Counted from the first letter of the whole stretch, positions 38,774-51,555 are shown. The stretch: 63,974 nucleotides of DNA, filler included, from Guillardia theta CCMP2712 (GCF_000315625.1; 8 parts of 8 records of this genome joined end to end with filler, not necessarily neighbours in it); one strand, 5' to 3'. The notes: generated by a model from the sequence alone, not told the origin. Made by a program: numbers and translations.

Positions 38774-41700
38774 ATGAGGAAGCGCGACAAATTTACTGGA
38801 ATACTTCCACGACCCACCACAACGAATTTGTTGGGAATGCACATTACCAGGATGTTCTTGCCCGTCACCTTGATCTTCGCCATGCTGATAATTTTAACAT
38901 ACATGCATCTTCCTAACAGTGATCTTGGGGTGAACAATCTTCCGCGAGAGGATCGAGAAGGGTTATCGACAGGAAAAGGCAGCAATGGAACTGAAGAGGC
39001 GGTCAAGAAGGAGATTTCCCCGGCGGGGAAGAAGCATCGAGACAGTGTGCGGGGCGAGAGACCTGTCTTGGATTTCAGTCCGTCAGAACTTAGTGAACTA
39101 ATCCCCAAAGTTCGACCGCACACACAAGATAACCTTGCATGCACTGAGGTAGAACGTTTGGAGGGGTGGAGGCCCTCTGTGGCATCCTTGAAGTGGGAGC
39201 AGGTGATTCATAGAGAGGAGGCAGAGCTCAAGAAGGTTGCTCAGACTTACGTATCAAAGACTCTGAGGATCTGGCCAAGGTCGCTTGTCTTGTTGCGCAT
39301 CATGAGATGAAATTTTTGCAGCGTCGGGCCATCGTCAGGAGGAAAGCAAATCTTCATCCTCCCGCAGTCGCAGGAGAGCAGGAGCGATCAAGGTGTCCAC
39401 TGCCAGTTCGGCATCGCAAGGTGAGTGCACATGACATGGAGGAAGTTGCCATGACTTTGGGAACAGAACTCGGGCAGGCTATGATGCATGGTATGACTTG
39501 CTTGTCTGTAATCCCACACCTAGGGTGAGACAACTATGTTTCAACGCTTCTATCCTTGACGTTTGAACAGATTCATAAAGTGACGGAAGGAGATACTTAC
39601 GCAAACATCGCGAGTCGATACAACCTGAATCTGGACGCCCTTCTAAACTTGAACGGCATGGTGAGCGAAGGAGGCTGTTTGGCTCGCGTTCACAACAAGT
39701 GCAGAGAGCGGAAGAGGTCCGGTCATTGAAGAACGGAGACTTGGTTGAGCTGCAAAAACAGGTCATTCTGCTTGCAGCAGCGACTTCACGTGCGCGCAGA
39801 ACGGATCTTGACCCTTGCTTCATCTGCAGAGGGTGCTGGTGGAGCTTGTGGACGCGAGTGGGAAAGGGTTTCACAATGAAGATCCGATGCAGTACGAGTT
39901 TTACGACATCACGGTCGGAGAAATTCACCCAAGGAGTTCGTTGACGACAGTTGTTCGCATTGCCCCATGACTGAAGCTCCTCACTCTGTCCCAGGGAGGG
40001 AATTTCCTCACTGTGTACGGACGAGGGTTCCCAACGGTGGACGGAGTTCTTTCGAGGTGTCAGATTCGATGCCGCCTTGGTAGCGTGACTCAGGTTCCGG
40101 CATCGGTCATCTCCGACTCCAAACTCTTGTGATAACTTCTACGATGTCTTCATCCTGACTCTTCTCACTCCCTTTGCTCCAAGATGCCCCATCGTCCCTC
40201 TACCAACCAACGAGCTGGACCGGGGGAATCAGGAGTCCCAGCAATCCATCGTGCGCTCTGTGCAGGTTGGGGTTACGGCCAACGGAGTGGACTTCGATGT
40301 AAGCGGAACGATGCTGACATACTACCGCAATGTCCTTTGCGTCGACCCTGAGGTGAAAGTGACTTGGACGTTCCTGCGGTCTTGACCTGAGAGGGTGAAG
40401 GACCTTGCAAGATTCTCTGTTCCCGACATTGCGCTGGTGGCCGTCCCTAAGTCCTTCAGGTGTCACGGGATTGTCTGGCATGCGTAGCAGGGGTGACTTG
40501 TCTTGTACCTGCAAAGAGGGGACGCGAAGACTCAACAGCTCAATGCGATCGAGAGCTGGCGGCGCCTGCTGCCCAGAGTGGAGATCCTTCTCATCTCCCC
40601 CGAAGGCACATTGTTCCTGTTTCTTCAAGGACCTTTCTGAGCTTGTTGGCCCCAGATGGAGTGAAGGAGGTTTCAGAGAGGTTCGGGTTCAAGCATGCAG
40701 CCGACGTGGATGTCAATGCCCAGGTGAGGAAGAGACCGACCGGGATGACTTGCAGGATCGATGAAAACCGACATGGCAGGGGACGCCATTGCTGAGTAGC
40801 ATCTTCCGACGGATGAAGGAGATCAGTTCTGCAAAGATCTTTATCCTCGTCAATGCCGACATCATTCTTTTCCCGGACATCCTGGTCAGCCTCCTAGTCC
40901 GATGCCTGTCTATCCCGCTGAGAGAGGGCGAGCAGGCAGTGATCCAATCGACGGCGAAGCGCTTCAGTGACTTCCTGATCGTCGGCCGTCGGCACAACAC
41001 AGATTCTACCTTCCTAGGTGACTGGGTTCCTTGTGGAACGTTTGGGTCACGAGGGACCGAACCAGAGCTCGTGGAGAAGGCCAGGGAGTCTGAAGACTGG
41101 AATCAGCTGCGGGAGCACGCCAAGTGTGTAATGAAGGAACGTCATAGCCTGGGACTGAACCCGCCGCAGGCTCCATGGCACTGAGCACACAAGATGGGCG
41201 CTGGATTACTTCGTCCTGACGAGGGACTTGTTTCAAAGTGTCCCGGACTTTGCTTTCGGTCGTCCTGCATACGACAACTGGTTCGTACGAAGGTTCGCGG
41301 CAGCTCATTGACATAGAAACTCCACGCTCTTGACGTTGATCTTCCTCCAGTGTCATCGAGATGGGACGACCAGTAATAGACGCCAGCAGCGTGATTCTTC
41401 TCCCACCTCCCATCTCCCTCCCTGACGATCCATCGCAGCTCGTCGTAGCGATTCACCAGGCTCACAGCTATGCACACGTGAACGCGAAAGAGAAGCGAGA
41501 AGCTGAGAACTCGGAGGAGGAGGCGTGGAGGAAGGCTATGAAGAAGCAGGGGAAGGTCTGCCCCAACGAAGCTGCACGGTCAAGGAGGCTGATGGGATGC
41601 CTGCAGGAGCTTGTGCGAGATTCATGGGAAAAGCTGCAGAGTGAAGAGATTCAGAAGAACTTTGCGCTGGCAGGTGCAGCCCGGCCCCCGATGGGGGATT

Positions 41701-41829
41701 TGCTGTAGAGGGGGGAGGAGGGAGGGGCTCGGTGCTGAGCTCTGCCTGTGCAGGACCGAATGTCAAACTTGGAACGTCGGATCACACTTCGTGGGTGGCC
41801 ATGGTCTGCGTCTAGCTAGGAAAGTTTGA
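38774..41829 (+). CDS. Type II membrane glycosyltransferase (GT-A fold) with LysM and IPT/TIG domains
   Basis: N-terminal TM (FLPVTLIFAMLIILTY). LysM exon IHKVTEGDTYANIASRYNLNLDALLNLNG (39571-39660). TIG-like GGNFLTVYGRGF..VISDSKLLC..VGVTANGVDF. GT motifs QLNAIESW, GTPLLSSIF, VNADII, LDYFV..FGRPAYDNW and AIHQAH. Confidence 0.75.
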
Positions 41830-41855
41830 CAAGGGAGGGAGCGAGGCGAGCTGGG

Positions 41856-43040
41856 CTAGTTTTCAATGGCTGTAACGTCTGTAACGGAGCTATAGGCACG
41901 AAAGTCTCGTCCACGTTGGCACGAGTTGAGGCTCCAGCCAGGGCTGACAAGCCGCCGGAGGGAAGGAATGCGATCTAACCTGCTCTCAACCGACCAGCGC
42001 TGATGCGACAGCATGCGGTGCCCTCGCAAGAGCACATCATCTAGCTCTCGTGATCTCCTCACCTCCTCCCTCGCCCTCCCTCACCTCCCTCACCTCCTCT
42101 CTTCGACACAGCGTTCACAAAACCTCCAGAGCTCCGCTGCCATCTCCTCGTCCTGCACATGCTCTGGAAGCTGCGTAAGGTACCGGGGGTTCCTCATCCC
42201 GAGGGGATCCTGTACGAAATATTCCCCGGTGATCTGCCGCATCGCAACAGTCTCAGCCAGCAGCCACCCAGCTCGACCTCTCCACTCACCCCCTCCACCT
42301 CCTCCGTCGTCAGCAGCCAGACTGCACCAGCTGCCGCTCGCTCTGCGCTCCTGACCTACAGGCCCGTCACAGCTCAGCTAGTCCCTGGCAGGTCATGCCT
42401 GACCTGAAAGATCCTCCCCAGGATGGCCGCTACCCGCGCGTTCCCCAGGAGGAGCCTTTGGAGGAGAGGCGGGAGGAAGTGCTGGTAGTGGCGGGTGGAA
42501 GTGAGGCCAGGGTCGATGGCGTTGGCTACGATCCCTTGCTCTCGGTACTGCCTCGCGATCTGCCGCATCCCTAGCAGGTTGCACAACTTGGAGGAACACG
42601 ATCTCCTCAGCCGCTCGCTGACCCCTCGTACTCCCACCGCCTCCTCGGGCTTCGCCCAGTCCGCCATGTCCACCTGCCCGAAGAGGGAGGAGCCGCAGGC
42701 AAGGAACAGGACGCGGGAGTCGGCGCCGCCCATGGCCGCCGACTTGCGCAGCTCGGGCTCGAGCATGGAGAATAGGAGCTGCTGCGAGAGATGGTTCACC
42801 TGCAGGGCGTTAGCCCACCGCATCTCCCCTGTCCTCCCCAGCTCTTTCTCACCTGAAAGTGCGACTCGAAGCCGTCCTTGGTCTTCAGCTGAGGAGCGAA
42901 GAAGACGCCCGCGCACAGGACGAGGCGGGTGAGGAGACAGCCCTCCAGCTCCTGCAACAGCAGCTCCTGCGACTGTCGGACGCTGTTGAGGTCTGACAAG
43001 TCAAGGGGAACGAAAGTGACGCGCGACTCCTCTTCTTGCC

Positions 43041-43076
<36 letters not shown>

Positions 43077-43308
43077 TTCCTGTCACTATCACCTTGAAGT
43101 CGGTCGATGCCGCGAGGGACTGGGCTATGGCGCGCCCTATGCCGCTAGTCCCTCCTGTGATGACCACGGCCTCCTTGAGCGAGCATCGCGCGTCCATGGC
43201 AGCATGGCGACGGGCTACGAGCGAACGAGGGGGGGAGGAGTGGAAGAGAAAAGCTGCGAATGCACAATCGAGCATGCTGAGCATGAGCGCCAACGATATT
43301 CGCGCCAT
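41856..43308 (-). CDS. Plastid-targeted short-chain dehydrogenase/reductase (retinol-DH/POR/WWOX-like)
   Basis: Bipartite leader MARISLALMLSMLDCAFAAF, followed by VVITGGTSGIG, LDLSDLNSV, DGFESHFQVNHL and ANAIDPG. Confidence 0.85.
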
Positions 43309-43753
43309 GGGAGGCAGCGATGGAGATGGAGTGGGGAGGAGGAAGGGGAGAGGGGGATGGGGAGGAAGAGTGCTGGATGTCGAGGAGGAGGAGGCAGATT
43401 CTGAGAGAGGGGAAGGGAAGAAAGAGGAAGGGAAGGAGCAGGCAGGGGGGTAGGGAGGGGAGGAGGCCGCGAGCCGGGTAGGACTCGGGAGGAGGTGCAA
43501 TTGGGCAGCTTTATGGGGCGTAGCAGGGAAGGAAATGTCGGGGGGTAGGACTGGGGACAGGAAGGAGAAGGGGGAGCGAGGTAGGAGGTGAGGGCTGGGG
43601 AACGGAGGACTAAAGGGAGCAAGGACAAGGAGGAGAGGGAGGAGGAGGAGGAGGAGGGGAGGAGGAGGAGGAGGAGGAGGGGAGGAGGAGGAGGAGGAGG
43701 AGGAGGAGGAGGAGAAAGTTGTCGTCATGTCAGGTGAGGAGGAGGGAGGAGGC

Positions 43754-46060
43754 ATGCATGGTTACCTGCCTGCCGACATGAGCTCAGGGAGCTTGTGGAG
43801 GACGTTGACGCTCTTGCTGCTGGGAAGTCAAGTCTTCAGGTGCTTCCTGCCCTGGATCACCTCGTCCTGTCTGACACTCCAGCGAAGATGCGGCGGGAAG
43901 GAAGAGTGCTCGGGCTCGCAGGGAGGATGTCAGTTCGCCATGCTCGCTGCGATGAAGGGGCTGATGTTGTCTTGTTGTCGTGGGGAATCAGCGGCAGACC
44001 TCTACGTCAGCTTCGTCATGGTGGGTCGGGCCGACGACCTTCGAGGAGACTACGTGAGCCGGTTGGCGAACTCGATTCAGCTGATTCAGAAGTACAGTTT
44101 ACTTCACCATGTTGAGAGCGAGGTGGGAACAACTGCCCTTGTGCTGAAGATGTGTAGTCATGTAGTCATGTAGACTTGTAGTCTTGTAGACTTGTAGTCT
44201 TGTAGTCTTGTAGTCCTGTAGTCTAGACTTGTATTGCTGTAGTCTTGTATTTTTCATCGCCGCCTCTGGTTTCATTCTTCGCTTCTTCTCCATCTCTCTT
44301 CTGTTCTCAAAGTGAACATCTCTTCAGATCGTGGTGGTAGAATGGAATCCCTTCCAAGGCCAGCCAGCCTTGAGCGCCGTCCTCCGCCAGTTCGTACCGG
44401 CAATGAACGCAGAGAGACGCAAAATGTCGGCAATGATGAAAACTGCCGCAGACATCTCCTGCTCCTCCTGCTCCTCCTATCCGGATCATCACAGTCCCGA
44501 ATTCCTTTCATCGCAAAGTAAGATCCTTGCAGCACGGGGGATCAGAGCATGAGCTGACTGGTTGCAGGTGCAAGGCGACACAAATCAAACTTTCTTTGAG
44601 TTCATGGCCAAGAACGTCGGAGCCCGACGGGTCCGATCCGTCCCCTCCCCTGCTGCGTGTCCGAATTGATGCCGTGGCAGGCAAGGGGGGAGTTCGTGCT
44701 CGTGAGCAACGGAGACGTTGTCTTCAACCAGCACGTCCGTTCTCTCACCCCCCGGCAGCCGCTGCCCCTTGACTCACGCCTCCTTCCTTCAGGTCTTCCG
44801 AGCTCTTAGCAAGAAGCTGTTGGATCGCGATGCGTACTTCCGTATACCCCGAGTATGCTCCCATGAAGTCCTGCTTCCCGCGCCCCCCATCCCCTCCCGC
44901 CTGCAGCCTAGGATTCTTCATCCTGCTCCTCCCTCCTCCCTTCCTCCTCCGCTCTGGCTCCCCCCTCCTGCTTCCTCCTCCTCTAGATCGTCCTGGATCG
45001 TCTCGTACTTCTCATCGCTGGTCCTGCAGGTGGAGACTTCGGCCGTGTTTGACCCGCGCGAGGACGTCATGAGGAGGATCGAACTCGTGGAGGTGAGCAA
45101 CTTGTCAAGTCTGACTCCCCTGCTGACCCTCACCAGAGCATGTCGACGAGCTTGACTGAAGAACCGTTGTGCGACGTCGGTCAGACGTTCTGCCCTGGAA
45201 GGTCTTCTTTTCCTGCTCCTGCTGCTCCTGCTCCCGCCCTTGCTCCTGCTCCTGCCCCTGCCCCTGCCTCTGCTCCTGCTCCTGCTCCTCCCTCCTCCTC
45301 CTCCTCTTGCCTGACATCTCTGTGCAGATACAACGTGGGAGTGTGTGAGAGGGGATTCCTTGGAAGCGTATGCCCTCCTCCTCCTCCTTCCCTCCTCCTC
45401 CTGCTCCCCCTCCTCCTTCTCCGTCTCCTCCTCCTCTTCAGCGAGTGACTTGGATACAGGAGCGTCACGACATTCACTTCGGCAACGCTGACGAGCTCTA
45501 CATGCCTGCTGCTGGAGATTTCTTCTTGATACATCGGTGAGCTCTCCTGTCTCCTGACCTTCCCCATTTCCCCTTCCCCTCAGCCAGACACGCTGCTTTC
45601 CCCTCCCTCCCGCTCCCCTCCCGCTCCCTCCCTGCTCACCTTCCTGCCCCCTGCAAATCCCATCTTTTCCAGTATGCCATAATTCTCTCCTTCTATCTCT
45701 CTTGACTCGCGTTCTTCTCCGCTTCTCTCCTCTCCTCTGTCAGGTCCAACTTCCATCTCCTCGGAGGATATCATTCCATCCCTAGCACAACCCACCTGGA
45801 TTCGCTCCTGCTCTGCAAGGTGAGAGCAAAGGCGATCTTGTGTACTCCACTCTCTCTACCTCATCTCTTCTTGCTCTCCTCCCTGTGTCCTCCCCCTCCC
45901 TCCCCCTCCCGCCCTCTTTCCAACTCAAAAAACTTCTCCACTTCTCCCTCATCTTCTCCTCTCCTCCCCATCATTCCTTTTCTCTTCCTCATCTCCCTTG
46001 CAGGCGAGCGGAGCAGGGGCTGAGACAGATTGTTCTCACTCGTCCCTGCGTAATGTTCCA
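43754..46060 (+). CDS. GT2-like glycosyltransferase, multi-exon, 3' truncated at gap
   Basis: YVSFVMVGRADDLRGDYVSRL, IVVVEWNP, EFMAKNVGARR/ARGEFVLVSNGDVVF and AAGDFFL. Confidence 0.65.
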
Positions 46061-46162
46061 CCNNNNNNNNNNNNNNNNNNNNNNNNNNNNNNNNNNNNNN
46101 NNNNNNTTAATTAATTAANNNNNNNNNNNNNNNNNNNNNNNNNNNNNNNNNNNNNNNNNNNN

Positions 46163-47990
46163 ATTCCCACGGTTCGGGATTGCGATTGTGCCCCAACTTC
46201 TCCTTGCAGTGAATGCAAAATTCACCATCGCTATCGTGCGGTCCACCTCGCTGCAGATAAGCGTAATGTCCCGCCAAGTCTGCTCGAAAAAGAAACTCAA
46301 TGCCTATCTTGTTTGAAGCATTGCCGCCGGCTTTTGACTTGTCCGCTCCGTACATAGCCTTCCCGTCGTGAATATGCACCCCTTCTGTCTGCAAATCTTG
46401 GATCTCCTCAGTGTAATAATGCCAAAAGTTTCTTTCTAAATTTTCACCGCTGTCCTTGTCGGGAATAATCATCAAAGTCACAAGCCTTGGTGCAAATCGC
46501 ATCCTGGTTTCATGCACACTGATCCATTCGGCAGAATTCTGCTTGGTATGGTACGGCAAAATACTGATGGTAATCTCGGTATGTTTTTTGTCACTGCTTG
46601 AGCATTTTGTCAATTTTGTACAATCGCTGTTGACGGTTACAATCAACTTGTCATACTTTCCAAGGTTCAATCGGTCTATCACTTTTTCAATAGTCCTTCG
46701 CAGCGAAGCACCGTGTGCTCCTTCCTCCGTGCAAAACACCTCCAATTCTTCATGCAGATTGTTTGTCATTGTGACGCGTGTTCGACAAATCTTCCGTACG
46801 GGAGTCGCACAATGCGTGCTAGTCCTGGGAGATAATTTCATGATTGCCACATATTTCTTCAAAGCTACATTCGAAACTGTCAAACCAATGCTGCCCTCAA
46901 CTTCATCCGCCAAGAAGAGCTTTGTAATATACCTCAATGCATACTGCAAGTCTTCGTCCGACCGGAGCTCTCTCCTCAAGAATTCTTTGATTCGAGGGTT
47001 CTTCATTGTTCCTATGACAAACTTTGCCAAGGGACTCTTGGGCTGCTTTCTCCGCCTGGGCTTGGAACCTAAATTTGAGCCAGAAGCTACCACCGTGACT
47101 GGCGGATTGCAGTGGTTTGTTCCATGATCGTGAGAGGTTGGCCCTTCATGCTCACTTGCATGTGAAGGTGAATGACTTCCACAGGTTTCAATGATCGGCA
47201 TTTCTTCTGAACCACCCTCGATGCCTACATTTGAACGACACGGCGAAGTACGAGGGGGCCCACTCTCACAAGAAGCTAAAGTCGAATGATTGCAAGGAAT
47301 AACTGTTGCCTGAGAAGAAGCCACCATGCCAAAATCCTGAGCAGGTAATTCCAGAGTCATCTCTTCATGTCCATCGTCATCAACCATGGCATGATCATCC
47401 ATATCACTGGCAGGATCAAATTCAGGAAACAGATATGGAAAGTGTTCCAACTTCTTATCATCCCCGCTCTTTTCTATCCCAAAGGCTTGGCCAATCAGAG
47501 AAACAAAGAGTTTTCGGCAAGGAGCCATGTGATGCTGAATCTTTTCAAGGACCCTGCTCCTGAAATTCAAATCTTTGATTCCATGAAAAGACGCAGGAAA
47601 GTCTGTAATATCGGGCATAACTTCCTGGCAGTAATCTAAAAATCGCCTTGTACTTCGAGGTATCTTATCTTCAGGTCTGCGTGCGAAGGAATTCAAATAC
47701 GCAGTCACATTAGGTTGCCCCGCCTTCTTTCCAGAGGAATAAACAAAGTCTTCTTCTTTCGCCACTCGTTCTAGAGCCAACGCAGCTTCAACGCAGACCC
47801 TGAAATGGCGAAAGCGGCCGTCTTCCTTGGTGGCATCATCATGCAACTCATCACTACTTTGTCTACATGATGCCTCGCTACTACACGCACCAGGGCTTTC
47901 ATCGCAAGGTATGACCGGTATGCTCACTTCTTCATCTCGTACACTTTCAAATTGAGGTCCTAGATTCCTCAAAATGTCAAGATATGACAT
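46163..47990 (-). mobile_element. Intronless DDE transposase of RAG1/Transib/CMC type, C-terminus lost in gap
   Basis: Ordered motifs LIVTVNSD (first Asp), LMIIPDKDSGENLE, IEFLFRAD (second Asp) and CIHC parallel RAG1 VKESCDG, LMLADESDHETL and FIFRGTGYD..CTLC. Lower GC than host genes, with no introns or microsatellites. Confidence 0.7.
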
Positions 47991-48077
47991 GTTATGCTAT
48001 CCTAGTTTTCAAATTTATAGATTGTGGATTTGAACACAGGAGCGTGTCAGAGGCACGCCGCGGATTCTGTGTTCTGC

Positions 48078-48096
48078 TTTTATAGTGGGGGCGGGG
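48078..48096 (-). promoter_or_regulatory. TATA box and GC box upstream of transposase
   Basis: The minus strand reads CCCCGCCCCAC-TATAAAA about 90 nt before ATG 47990. Confidence 0.45.
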
Positions 48097-50816
48097 GGAA
48101 CACCAAGGACCCAGATCAGGGGGTAGGGTAGTGATGAATTCGAACAGCAGTACCACATTGACTTCGATTTGTACCCAGTCCAAAGTCTCCGATACAAAAT
48201 ATAGTAGCATATGTATACTTAAAATTACATCCATTAACAACGTTTGAATGATTTAGGTATAGATTTCCAAATTTCAAATTACCCTACCCCTTATTACTAG
48301 ATTATTTTGGTAAATATGGGGGTATAGTGTTTCAGAATTTCAAACTGGTTGCCACTTTCAGGATTATTACTCGAATGATGTTTTCTTACAAGATATTTTA
48401 GACTGTACTCTGTCATGTTTGATTATAATATACCATATTGTTATACACACCCATACAGCATGACCATAGCTATGCAAACCAACAGCGTGCCCCCTTGCAC
48501 GGGGCACGTCGCACCGCTCTGTACTGTCCTAACCATGGCTCGCAAACAGCGAGTGTGCAGAACAGATGTTCACCGAACATACTCAGAGGAAATTCCTGAT
48601 GTGTAGAGGTGATGAGCCTGGAGGAGTGCTTCGTACAGTTCGTGAATCTCACGAAAAATCATTTGGTAAGCGAAGAGCATCAACAATACAAGTGAAAACC
48701 ACCATCACGAGGATACATTGCAATCGAAACCGAGGCGTGATATACCCTAAGCTAACTGCGATGCATGACAGGGAAACTGAGCTGGAGTAGATGGATGGAG
48801 GTTACACTGAAGACAACAGGGAATTATCATCAGATGGTGACTGGATTGTTCAAAAGCTGTACGGTCACCTGTGAGCTCAAGAACACATGTCTGCACACCT
48901 ATGTCTGATAGGTTCGCAAGCAATACAGTGCATTTTAACCGTGAGCAGCTCGATTGCTTGAAACAATGATGATCAAGCAAGTCCCGTGGTCCTGATCGGG
49001 ATTATTCATCCAAGTTTTCAGAGATGTGTTAGAACGATGAAACATTTTGCAAATCACCAAGGCCTGTGTCATTTCATCACATGATGCATCATGTAAATGT
49101 TACTGGTGTGACTCGCATCAGAATGTGTTCACCAACGATTTGTTGCCAAGCAGATGATGTCAGAGCAAACATGAGCACTTTGGAAGATGCTGATATTCCA
49201 GGCCGTAGAGCATTTATGATGTGGCCACATGTCACATGCTTCTTGATTAACACAGATGCACATCCGACAGGCAAAAGATGGAACGTCGCCAGGATTACAG
49301 GGAGGTCGGTTGTACTTGTACCCTGATTGCAACTCTTCTAATAAAGATGTGTTAACCTGGATGTGCAATTCTGTTTATTGATTCACAGCGTTTGTATGTG
49401 TAGCGTTTGCGATTCATTTACAATCGTCGAGTGCTTGCTCTGTATAACAAGGAAATCCACTGTAAAGCCATGCGACAAGAAGTCTACAGTTGCACAGTAG
49501 CATCATGCATTGTGAACTGACAAAACCAGACAGGATTGATTCGAAGAACATCTCATTTATTGATACGCACAAAGGCATCATCTGCACATTGTTTCATTTC
49601 TGACTAGGTTTCTGTGCCATCGAAAGCGTTGTGGAAATATCATGACAGATGAAAAATCTGAAGCGCAGAAAACTCATCCAACGTCCTGAAACATGGAAAT
49701 GCAGCTATCAATGCACTTGATCATGGATATAGTTATTCATGATCAACAGCAGATCTCTACAGTCATCTATGCGGGCAGGAAAAGTCATGCTCTGTGCAAA
49801 CGTATCTTCACGGTGAACGGTTGAGTGCATGTAACCCTTGCCTCCACAATGATAGAAAAGTAAAGTGCATGAATCCTGACCGTAACACTAGAGGAATTGA
49901 AAGTGAGTGATGACATGAGGAAACATTTCCAAACAGAAAAGTCACATAAAGAAAAGCTGGATCTAAAGTTCTCACAAATCATGCATTTGAGCGCAACGTG
50001 CAACCCACGGCAATTTGAACGGAAGGTCGATCAGAGTTGCTTCTGTTCAATGGTGTACCCATTCTCAGTTCCTTACCTGATCATAAAGATTTCATCTTGT
50101 CTTCGAAGCATATTTGCAAGTACATCCGCGGATTGCTTGAACCAAGGGCACATATTCCATTACTGCATGGATGATTCAAACATTGGCCCAACCTGCAGAG
50201 TTGAGAAAGAAGCTCGATCATCTCTTACAGGGATGATATGAGATCTTCATCTCATTCCTATCTCAGTTGGGTTGGATTCGAAGTCTCTCAATGTCAAGGT
50301 TCATCCTCGCGAGTCAGGAAGGCACCATTTCATCGCTTCTTGCTCGTCCAGGGAGAGAGGGCTTGGGGAATGAGAAAAGGGGGCTACCCCCTACCCCCTA
50401 TTTCAGAGTTTCAAACTCTTTCAAAGGTGGGTAGTTGAGGGTGCTCCATGTCCACCCCACCCCCCAACCATAGTCAAACGGAGGGGTTCTGAGAGGTCGA
50501 GGTTCCGACCAGTTCGGCCCTCGTTTTGTACCATGTAAACGCTTCAATTTTAAGTTAGTACCACAGATACTTCTAAAATTCGTACTTTTACATTGGTTTG
50601 GCGTGGTGAGGTGTCCAAGCAACCAAAATTCAAATCACCCTACCCCTCATTTGCCCTGCGCAGCAACGATTTTTCTGAGAGCTAGTACCCTCCCCCAGCC
50701 CTGCTCAAAGGGGGGTACTATCTGATGGCATGGGATGGAGGCACCCCTCAGGTCCTTCGAAAAAAAAAAAATATTGCCAATTTTTCCTATGAGCGCCCGG
50801 CCGGAAAAGCAACGCT

Positions 50817-50960
50817 ATGGCTGAGCACCATGGGTTGAGCTGCACGGGCAAGGTCGACAAGCAAGACCGACTGCGGCTGATGATGAGGGAGGTCGACATG
50901 GAGGCTGAGGAGGGCGAGGGCATGGAGGAGGAGGCCGGTGCAGGCCCCTCGCGCGCTTGA
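50817..50960 (+). pseudogene. C-terminal remnant of a diverged paralogue of the 52231-54390 ORF
   Basis: MAEHHGLSCTGKVDKQDRLRLMMRE aligns with FAEMHVLACSLKVDKKDRLRVEMRE (~54311-54385), then continues about 22 aa to a stop codon. Confidence 0.8.
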
Positions 50961-51527
50961 GGCTCGAGTCAAGTCTTAGAGGTGGACAAGAGGCGGAGCG
51001 GAGCTGTGGGCCCCAAGGGGGGAAGGAGGAAGAAATAAATGAGGTGGACATGGGGCAAGCAACGAAGGTAAGGGCAGGTAAGCCGGTGGGGGAGGGGGGA
51101 GGGGGGCCGGGAGGAGGAGGCCGGGCGGAGGCCGGCCGGGCTCTCGGGAGCAAACTTTTGGAGAACAGGGAATCGTTGCCTGATGAAAACGTTAGAGGAG
51201 CTATGGATACTCGTCAAGCACACATTCCCAACATACCTCAGAGCTCAGCTTCATGACAACATCCTCCCAACGTATGAGGAGATGTGTAACCAACGAAGGG
51301 GTCAGATCCAGCCGCGCAGCGATCACCAAGGCGGAAGGCATTTCACAGCAGCTATTGAAGGAGACGTCACACAGAGCAGAAAAACTAGAACCATGCGAAT
51401 AGGGTATGTTCTCCAGCAACAAGCGACGGCAGCAGGAGGAGGGATGAAAATCAATGGGAAATGCAGCATCATTCGAGCGAATACAATTGCAATTGGCTTA
51501 CTGTTCCAACATATCCTCGATGAAGGG
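50957..51527 (+). pseudogene. Truncated second ORF (possible LINE ORF2 N-terminus), ended by telomeric repeats
   Basis: Overlapping ORFs 50957..51256 and 51183..51539 directly follow the ORF1-like stop. MRIGYV..IIRANTIAIGLL only weakly recalls the start of an APE endonuclease. Confidence 0.3.
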
Positions 51528-51555
51528 TTTAGGGTTTAGGGTTTAGGGTTTAGGG
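51524..51555 (+). repeat. Interstitial telomeric repeat AGGG(TTTAGGG)4
   Basis: Four perfect TTTAGGG units, G-rich strand on +. Confidence 0.95.

Noticed and set aside
49300-49460. Fanzor/TnpB N-terminus (RLYLYP...LRFIYN)
   Set aside because: Only a short resemblance across probable introns. No RuvC D-E-D or zinc finger is visible downstream.
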